DNA of 64,000 nucleotides from Legionellales bacterium (GTDB lineage Bacteria; Pseudomonadota; Gammaproteobacteria; UBA1113): NCBI GenBank assembly GCA_002709565.1, contig PAPY01000032.1, positions 20,465 to 84,464 of the forward strand, read 5' to 3'. Shown piece by piece: positions 57,577 to 64,000 of this stretch (position 1 is its first letter; each line of letters starts with the position of its first letter). The notes under the pieces were generated by a model. It saw only the letters and a program-made list of their open reading frames with translations, ran no database searches and was not told where the DNA came from. The position numbers and the translations under genes were made by a program.

Positions 57577-58842
57577 ATGGCATTAATCGTGCAAAAATAT
57601 GGCGGTACGTCGGTAGGCAGCATTGAGCGCATTCGCCATGTCGCGGACCGTATTATCGCGACCCGAGAACAAGGTCATGACGTCGTGGTGACTGTTTCTG
57701 CCATGTCTGGTGAAACCAACCGTCTCGATGAGCTTGCCTACCAAATGGTTCCAAATCCTTCGCCGCGCGAATACTCCGTGATGGTCTCTACAGGTGAACA
57801 AATCTCAATGGCATTACTGGCCATGTACCTAATTGATAGAGGTTACCAAGCTCGTTCTTATACTGGCGGTCAAGCCCGGATTATTACGGATGATCTCTAC
57901 AAAAAAGCCCGGATATTGGATATTGACCCCCGAGTTATTGAGGAAGATTTAGCCAAAGGCTGTATCGTTATCGTTGCTGGGTTTCAAGGTACAGATAGAA
58001 GTGGCAATATCACAACCTTAGGCCGTGGCGGCTCCGATACCACGGGCGTTGCATTGGCAGCCGCTCTTAAAGCCGATGAATGTCATATTTATACTGATGT
58101 GGATGGGGTGTATACGGCTGATCCGCGGGTAGTACCCGAGGCACGCCATTTGGCCCAAGTGACGTTTGAAGAAATGCTCGAGATGTCTAGCCTTGGGGCC
58201 AAAGTGCTGCAGCGAAGAGCCGTGGAATTTGCGGGCCGTTACCAAGTACCTTTGCGGGTCATGTCGAGTTTTAATAATGGGCCGGGGACCTTAATCACCT
58301 TTGAGGATACACGTATGGAACAACCTATCGTTTCGGGTATTGCATTTAATCGTAATGAAGCTAAGCTAACTATTATTGGCATACCGAATCAGCCCAGTAT
58401 TGCGGCTAAAGTATTAGCCCCCATTGCTGAGGCTGATATTGATATCGATATGATCATTCAGAATATTTCGGTGCAAGAGTTGACGGACTTTACCTTTACA
58501 GTGCATCGGGATGAGTATGATAGGGCCTTTGCTGTAGCCCAAAGTGTGGCTAAAGAACTCGGCGCTGAGCGAGTTCGAGGTGACACCAAAATTGCAAAGA
58601 TTTCATTGGTCGGGGTGGGGATGAGATCCCATTCGGGCATTGCTGGGACGATGTTTTCCATTCTGGGAGATGAGGGCATCACTATCCAGCTGATTTCAAC
58701 GTCTGAAATCAAGGTATCTGTCGTTGTTGACGAAAAATACCTGGAATTGGGGGTCCGAGCCTTGCACGCAGGGTTTGGGCTAGATAAGGAGCCTAAGGAA
58801 GAGTTTGATCCCGTGGCGAGGACGGGTGCTAACGCGAGTTAG
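57577..58842 (+). CDS. lysC: Aspartate kinase
   Basis: 'IVQKYGGTSV', 'TLGRGGSDTT', two ACT domains. Confidence 0.9.
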   Translation: MALIVQKYGGTSVGSIERIRHVADRIIATREQGHDVVVTVSAMSGETNRLDELAYQMVPNPSPREYSVMVSTGEQISMALLAMYLIDRGYQARSYTGGQARIITDDLYKKARILDIDPRVIEEDLAKGCIVIVAGFQGTDRSGNITTLGRGGSDTTGVALAAALKADECHIYTDVDGVYTADPRVVPEARHLAQVTFEEMLEMSSLGAKVLQRRAVEFAGRYQVPLRVMSSFNNGPGTLITFEDTRMEQPIVSGIAFNRNEAKLTIIGIPNQPSIAAKVLAPIAEADIDIDMIIQNISVQELTDFTFTVHRDEYDRAFAVAQSVAKELGAERVRGDTKIAKISLVGVGMRSHSGIAGTMFSILGDEGITIQLISTSEIKVSVVVDEKYLELGVRALHAGFGLDKEPKEEFDPVARTGANAS

Positions 58843-59009
58843 GCACTAAAATAAAGCATGTTGCGCAGAGAAAATACACTGAATTGTCTGCCGTTAAGTT
58901 TCCCTTAAGGATTGGGGCTTATACTAGCCAGCGGACACTCAGAAACAGTACAAAATGTAATCAATCGGAACCAAAATCTGCGATTATCGCAAAAAGGAGG
59001 TTATGAAAT

Positions 59010-59243
59010 ATGCTTATCTTAACAAGACGTGTCGGTGAGACTCTAATAATAGGTGATAATGTCACTGTGACTGTGCTTGGCGTCAAAGGCAACCAAGTTC
59101 GGATCGGTGTGAATGCGCCCAAGGAGATTTCTGTACACCGAGAAGAAATTTATCTTCGCATTCAGCAAGAGAAGGAACAACAACGTTCTGGCGTTGCTCC
59201 TACTCCTACCGCTGAAGTCAAAGAAGACTCAGATTCAGAGTAA
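59010..59243 (+). CDS. csrA: Carbon storage regulator CsrA
   Basis: '[48 protein letters not shown]'. Confidence 0.9.
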   Translation: MLILTRRVGETLIIGDNVTVTVLGVKGNQVRIGVNAPKEISVHREEIYLRIQQEKEQQRSGVAPTPTAEVKEDSDSE

Positions 59244-59360
59244 TTAATAAACATCGTCATCCCGACTAACTCTGCTTTTGCTATGCAAAATCAGAGTTAG
59301 CCGGGATCGGTTTATGCTCTGTATACCTTTAAATAATGCTGCTAGGTAGTAATGGCATTG

Positions 59361-60206
59361 CTATTCTTCTACCCCCTTGGATGTTGAGCTATCCAAAGCG
59401 AGGTAGTTATCTTTAGTGATAACTGAGCGTCCGCTTTTGGTCTCTAGCTCTTTTCGAGCATTGCCGGCAATACTTCCGCCTTCCTCGGCTGCTGTGCGAT
59501 TTTCATCGAACCCTTGGGCATCAGTATTACGAGCGATCTCTGTGGTAGACGCTTCCCCAAGCATAGAAAATATCAACTCAAGATCCGTCATGTGATCCCG
59601 TAAGTTTGCTCGCTCTAGCCCTTTGTGTTGTTTGTACTCACTAGGGGTCATGCCAAAAGCGGCTTTAGTGATCTCGGCGGTTAAAATGGCATAATCCCGT
59701 TGCTCTTCGATGCCGCGTTGCTGCCATTCATCGGTTAGTTCCTCTCTAATCGCAATGCTACGCATACGCTTTTCAATCCAACTATCCGGATAGCCTTTTG
59801 CCTTATAAGTCGCTCTAGCCCGTTTGCTCGCTAATTCAGGATCCTCGATCTCCTGCACTCGTTCATAACCGACTTTAGCTAACCAGCGCTTGAAGGGCTC
59901 AGCTTTAGGTGAGGGGATTGATTGAATGATGCGAAATAGCGTTTCTGCATTTGCGCAGTTAGTTGAATATTTTTTACCATCGGAAGATACTAATTTCAGT
60001 TGTACGATATTTTCGTACAACTCATTATAGCCTTCGGTTTCGGTCAATTGCCGCTTCAAATCAGACCAGTAACGGCGTGGATTGTTGCTCTCAGTGAGGG
60101 CTCCAACCACATCGGTAATCGAGAACCACCATTCGTTTTGATATAAGGTCCTACGGATGTCTTTATTTTTGAACACGACGATTTTGTCGATGTTAGATTT
60201 ACTCAT
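59361..60206 (-). CDS. Bro-N domain protein (DinD-like DNA-damage-inducible / phage antirepressor-like)
   Basis: N-terminal Bro-N pattern 'FKNKDIRRTLYQNEWWFSITDVVGAL'; 281 aa comparable to DinD-type proteins. Confidence 0.55.
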   Translation of the reverse strand: MSKSNIDKIVVFKNKDIRRTLYQNEWWFSITDVVGALTESNNPRRYWSDLKRQLTETEGYNELYENIVQLKLVSSDGKKYSTNCANAETLFRIIQSIPSPKAEPFKRWLAKVGYERVQEIEDPELASKRARATYKAKGYPDSWIEKRMRSIAIREELTDEWQQRGIEEQRDYAILTAEITKAAFGMTPSEYKQHKGLERANLRDHMTDLELIFSMLGEASTTEIARNTDAQGFDENRTAAEEGGSIAGNARKELETKSGRSVITKDNYLALDSSTSKGVEE

Positions 60207-60348
60207 GCTATACTCCTATATGGTTAAGTAAATGATTATCTATTTTCGTGTTCGTCCATCAGTCCGATGCCATGATAGCAGGGTTTTTGGGGAAATGCTG
60301 CGGGTTTAGGGAGGGAGGTGCGGTTTATTTTTGACCTATCATATCCTC

Positions 60349-60376
60349 TTGAATCTCAATGCAATAATGCTATACT
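60349..60376 (+). promoter_or_regulatory. Sigma70-type promoter for tRNA-Ser (TTGAAT-16-TATACT)
   Basis: -35 at 60349-60354, -10 at 60371-60376, tRNA 5' end 12 nt downstream. Confidence 0.55.
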
Positions 60377-60388
60377 CTCCGCCTCTTC

Positions 60389-60481
60389 GGAGAGATGGCC
60401 GAGTGGCTGAAGGCGCTCCCCTGCTAAGGGAGTATGGGGTTAATAGCTCCATCGAGGGTTCGAATCCCTCTCTCTCCGCCA
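60389..60481 (+). tRNA. tRNA-Ser (anticodon GCT), class II with long variable arm, encoded CCA
   Basis: Acceptor ggagaga/tctctcc, anticodon loop c-t-GCT-a-a, T-arm gaggg-ttcgaat-ccctc. Confidence 0.9.
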
Positions 60482-60542
60482 CAAAAAAGCCCTCTTATCT
60501 TACGAGCTTTGCTCGTAAGATAAGAGGGCTTTTTTGTGGCGG
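60476..60542 (+). terminator. Very long (32-bp perfect) inverted repeat overlapping the tRNA-Ser 3' end, followed by T-run; terminator and/or recombination-site remnant
   Basis: ccgccacaaaaaagccctcttatcttacgagc-ttt-gctcgtaagataagagggcttttttgtggcgg. Confidence 0.6.
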
Positions 60543-60753
60543 AATGAAAAGTGGTAATGAACCCGAGAAGAGGGTTCGACAAAAATGCAGGATAGCATTT
60601 TTGGCCGCCCGAGTCTGCGAGGGCGCCCGTAGGGCGAAGGTCCAGGGATGGACCTGAGTCAATCCTTCTCTCTTGTATTTAATAGAGCAAAGCTCGTAAG
60701 ATTGGCGGGCTTTTTTGTGGCGGAATGAAGGTGGTTATGAAATTGATTTGGCT

Positions 60754-61062
60754 CTAACGAGTAAAAAATTTCGGTATCGCGCCATCTTTATCTACTCTGC
60801 AGTAGGTTACTGGATTCACGTTGTGGTCGCGGAGTTTGGTAAACGTATTGCAATTATCAGCTGGCTCGCCGCCTAGAGATTTACAAAATCCTTCGCTGTC
60901 GACCCACCATAGCTTATTCAGTTTTGTTATGTGGCAACAGTAAAATGTTTTTACCGATGTGCCATGGGTAATATTTCGGCATTTAACTTCTGTGGCAGCA
61001 AAACTTGTCGATGCGAACACGGTCAGCACCAGCGGTGCAATGGTTTTGAGCAGTGCTTTCAT
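60754..61062 (-). CDS. Small secreted cysteine-rich protein (102 aa), unknown function
   Basis: Signal peptide 'MKALLKTIAPLVLTVFASTSFA', 8 Cys. Confidence 0.4.
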   Translation of the reverse strand: MKALLKTIAPLVLTVFASTSFAATEVKCRNITHGTSVKTFYCCHITKLNKLWWVDSEGFCKSLGGEPADNCNTFTKLRDHNVNPVTYCRVDKDGAIPKFFTR

Positions 61063-61205
61063 GGTATCAATCTCACTTGTTATGCTTATCTGTTAAGTTT
61101 AGCAGTTGCTTGGAGATTGATGAGTTAAGGAAAGGCTAAGTGTCATGCCCGCGTTAACGTGAGTAATGCTGGGCATGGGGAATGCTAGGGTAGGGGCATA
61201 AGCAA

Positions 61206-61595
61206 TCAGTATTGCTCTAACAAGTAGCTAATCAAATCCTTAGAGGTGACTATTCCCTCTAGATGCTCATCATCATTGACCACGAGTAGGGAGTCATAAT
61301 TGCTGGTGGCGAGTATTTCAGCTGCATGACGAATAGTGTCAGACTGGTTAATCGTGGTAACGTCTGTCGTCATAATATCATCAAGGGCAACAATATGGTC
61401 TAGGGCTTCATCAGCTTTACCCTCAGCGGCAAATGCACTGCTAAATGAGCCTTTCAGAACATCAACTGCACTGATAATGCCCATGATCTTTTGACCTGAT
61501 ACAACGGGCACGTGATGAACCCCATTATCTTGCATTAGTTTACGTACCGTTGATACTTTATCGCTCGGGTTTGCTGAGATAATCGTGGTTGACAT
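61206..61595 (-). CDS. CBS-pair domain protein
   Basis: Two CBS motifs ('HHVPVV', 'DSLLVVNDDEHLEGIVTSKDL'). Confidence 0.7.
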   Translation of the reverse strand: MSTTIISANPSDKVSTVRKLMQDNGVHHVPVVSGQKIMGIISAVDVLKGSFSSAFAAEGKADEALDHIVALDDIMTTDVTTINQSDTIRHAAEILATSNYDSLLVVNDDEHLEGIVTSKDLISYLLEQY

Positions 61596-61693
61596 GATAT
61601 GGGTGATGGATTCGTTTTTTCTCGTGGGTAAGCTCCTGCTATTTCAGTGGTTGAGGGATACCGTCAAATTGTAAGGCGTTTCGTTTAGATCGT

Positions 61694-62164
61694 CTAGTTT
61701 GATAACCAAATAATCATATTTAGATAGGCAGCAAAACACACCCAGAGCCAATACGGCAACATCAGCCAACATAAAACACGACGGGGACGCCATGCTTGCA
61801 GTAGAAAAATTGTTGTCAAGACGACGATGGCTAGCAAGCACAGTAACGCAGCGCCAGTCCAGTGCAGATAAAAGAATAATGGCGTCCATGACCAATTCAA
61901 TAGTAGCTGGGCAACGAATACGCTGCGTAAAGGGGTGATATTAGTGGTCGATTGTGCCTGGAACAATTGCCAGCCAACAATACCGAGCAGGGTATACAAA
62001 ATTCCCCAGGCAATACCAAATACATAGCCCGGCGGGGTTAGTGAGGATTTGTTAATGGTCAAATACCAGGAATCGACACTGGTCTGGGTGATGAGCCCCA
62101 TGCCATAGCCAACCAATTGCAAGACGACAATCCACAAAAAGAGTTGAATGATTTTTTTGCTCAT
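61694..62164 (-). CDS. tspO: Tryptophan-rich sensory protein TspO/MBR
   Basis: 5-TM 156 aa, 'LTPPGYVFGIAWGILYTLLG', 'LLLNWSWTPLFF', 'LPYWLWVCFAAYLN'. Confidence 0.8.
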   Translation of the reverse strand: MSKKIIQLFLWIVVLQLVGYGMGLITQTSVDSWYLTINKSSLTPPGYVFGIAWGILYTLLGIVGWQLFQAQSTTNITPLRSVFVAQLLLNWSWTPLFFYLHWTGAALLCLLAIVVLTTIFLLQAWRPRRVLCWLMLPYWLWVCFAAYLNMIIWLSN

Positions 62165-62708
62165 AAAGGTTCTCCGGATAAAAGTGCTGATAAGCCTTCT
62201 TTGTAACTGGGGTAGCGCAACTGCGATAATAACTGTTGTTTTAGTTTAGCATTACTGACGCGTTTATTGCTTTGGTAAAACCCTTGGGTCATGGGGGATA
62301 ATTCTGCATCCTCGTAGGGAATTGACTGGGGTTGTTCTAAGCCTAATAACTGAGCTGCGTAATTTACCGGCTCGAAGGAATTAGAGGGTAAATCATCACA
62401 AAGATTAATCACCTCACCGGGTTGTAGTGCCGATAGGCTGTTACACAAAGCAGTCGCAATATCGTAGACATGAATACGGGGTCTTGGCCATCTGCCAGGG
62501 GCGGGACTGAAATCAGCAAGCCTGATGTATCTGTCAGGGCCTCAATGATGGCGTTGTAGTCAAAGGGTAATAGTGTCACTGCAGGGCTATCATGGGGTTG
62601 GATAACCGCTGGGTCACGGCGAGTGCCCCATATTTGGTGGCCTTCCCGTACTAGCTGTTGGGATAAGTAACCGGCGCTATAGCCATAGCCCAGTAAGCCA
62701 ATATTCAT
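62161..62708 (-). pseudogene. NAD(P)-binding SDR/epimerase-like gene split by a frameshift into two ORFs (62409-62708 and 62161-62448)
   Basis: N-terminal Rossmann 'MNIGLLGYGYSAGYLSQQL' in one frame, C-terminal half in another, overlapping at 62409-62448. Confidence 0.5.
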
Positions 62709-62775
62709 GGTGGTTTACCCCCAAAAAAACTATTGCAAAGCCATTCATTTACGTTTATGATGGCGACCCTATTAC

Positions 62776-62852
62776 GCGCCCGTAGCTCAGCTGGATAGAG
62801 TACCTGACTACGAATCAGGCGGTCGGGAGTTCGAATCTCTCCGGGCGCGCCA
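62776..62852 (+). tRNA. tRNA-Arg (anticodon ACG)
   Basis: Acceptor gcgcccg/cgggcgc, D-loop agctggatag, anticodon loop ct-ACG-aa, T-loop ttcgaat, encoded CCA. Confidence 0.9.
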
Positions 62853-62864
62853 TTTCTTCCTCAT

Positions 62865-63911
62865 TTAGAGCGAATTATTCACATCAATGACAAAACGGTA
62901 TTTGACGTCGCCTTTGATCATACGCTCATAAGCGGTATTGATGTCTGCCATGTTGATCATCTCGATATCACAAACGATATCGTGTTCGCCGCAAAAATCT
63001 AGCATCTCTTGAGTTTCTTGAATGCCGCCGATAAGTGAGCCGGCAATGCTTTTGCGGCCAAAAATCATCGGTCCACCGTTAATGCCGGGTTCAATTGGCT
63101 CAATGGCACCAACGATGACCATAGTGCCGTCACGCTGTAGCAATTCAACATAGGGATTCATGTCATGGCTACAGGGGATGGTATTAAGCAGAAAATCAAA
63201 ATAATCTGTATGTGCGGTCATGGCATCGGCATCTTTAGAGATAAGTACTTTATCCGCCCCTAGCGTCATGGCATCTTCACCTTTCGTAGGGGAGGTGGTA
63301 ATCATTGTGACTTCAGCACCCAGAGCATGGGCAAACTTAACCCCCATGTGACCAAGGCCGCCAAGGCCAATAATACCAACTTTGTCGCCAGGTTTGATAT
63401 TCCAGTGTTTAAGAGGCGAGTAGGTCGTGATACCGGCACACAACAATGGGGCGACAGCTTTGCGGTCAAGGTTACTGGGGATCCGCAAGACAAAGTCTTT
63501 ATCCACCACTACCTGTTTGGAATACCCACCAAAAGTAGGGCCACCCAATTGGGGATCTTCGCTGTTGTAGGTGAGCAATTTATCGGAACAGTATTGTTCG
63601 AGGTGTTCTTCGCAATGATGGCATTGGCGGCAGGAATCTACAAGACAACCCACACCGACTAAATCGCCAGTTTCAAAACCCTCGACATCGTTACCAATGC
63701 TGCTCACACGGCCAATGATTTCATGACCAGGGACAGTGGGATAAATCGTATTTTTCCATTCATTGCGGGCAACATGGATATCTGAATGACATACGCCACA
63801 GTACTCGATATCAATCTGAATATCATTAGGGCCAACGTCACGGCGTTCAATGGTTAATGGGGCTAAGTCATCGGTAGCACTCGGGGCGGCATAAGCGGCA
63901 ACTTGGGACAT
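62865..63911 (-). CDS. Zinc-dependent NADP alcohol dehydrogenase (cinnamyl-alcohol dehydrogenase / YahK-like)
   Basis: 'GVCHSD', 'GHEIIGRV', structural Zn 'CRQCHHCEEHLEQYC', 'GLGGLGHMGV'. Confidence 0.85.
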   Translation of the reverse strand: MSQVAAYAAPSATDDLAPLTIERRDVGPNDIQIDIEYCGVCHSDIHVARNEWKNTIYPTVPGHEIIGRVSSIGNDVEGFETGDLVGVGCLVDSCRQCHHCEEHLEQYCSDKLLTYNSEDPQLGGPTFGGYSKQVVVDKDFVLRIPSNLDRKAVAPLLCAGITTYSPLKHWNIKPGDKVGIIGLGGLGHMGVKFAHALGAEVTMITTSPTKGEDAMTLGADKVLISKDADAMTAHTDYFDFLLNTIPCSHDMNPYVELLQRDGTMVIVGAIEPIEPGINGGPMIFGRKSIAGSLIGGIQETQEMLDFCGEHDIVCDIEMINMADINTAYERMIKGDVKYRFVIDVNNSL

Positions 63912-64000
63912 GGTGAACTCCTGTCGTAGTGAATCAAGCGTCCATGCTAATGGAGTTCGCGAAGCAAAACAAGTTTGCCTATAAGCTAACCTTATTCACT

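Noticed and set aside
60546-60682. Segment with tRNA-like 10-mers considered as a third tRNA or a small RNA gene
   Set aside because: I can draw no cloverleaf or acceptor stem from it. I interpret it as tRNA-derived scrap within an att-site scar, though a structured sRNA cannot be excluded without folding.

Overview
This 64 kb window looks like a chromosomal segment from a gammaproteobacterium. The synteny is E. coli-like (rlmD-relA-mazG; gltA divergent from sdhCDAB-sucABCD; scpA-scpB-rluB; recA-recX-alaS-[lysC]-csrA followed by tRNA-Ser). It also carries features typical of an intracellular, Legionellales-like lifestyle: giant ankyrin-repeat proteins, a histone H1-like K/A-rich protein, and TspO. 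This taxonomic guess is low-confidence. Most of the window is core metabolism and housekeeping. These include a hybrid sensor kinase, copA with a cupredoxin, the stomatin/NfeD pair, adk, hemH, glpK, the full TCA block, mutS, alaS, lysC and two tRNAs. The most striking accessory content is a 7.5 kb AT-rich insertion between nfeD and adk. It encodes two tandem paralogous proteins of about 1200 aa. Each has a conserved N-terminal domain of about 560 aa with no function I can assign, followed by eukaryote-like ankyrin repeats. These are candidate translocated effectors, possibly a new enzymatic effector family. The conserved domain shows an R / STS / (E/Q)xE pattern that weakly resembles mono-ADP-ribosyltransferases. 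Other points of interest are an acidic secreted-like protein built from 90-bp tandem repeats, an orphan hypothetical gene inserted in the pncC-recA neighbourhood, a 32-bp perfect inverted repeat with a duplicated att-like scar at the 3' end of tRNA-Ser next to a Bro-N/DinD-like gene, a frameshifted SDR gene, and a receiver-GHKL two-domain protein. I found no CRISPR array, no integrase or transposase, and no recognisable defence operon.
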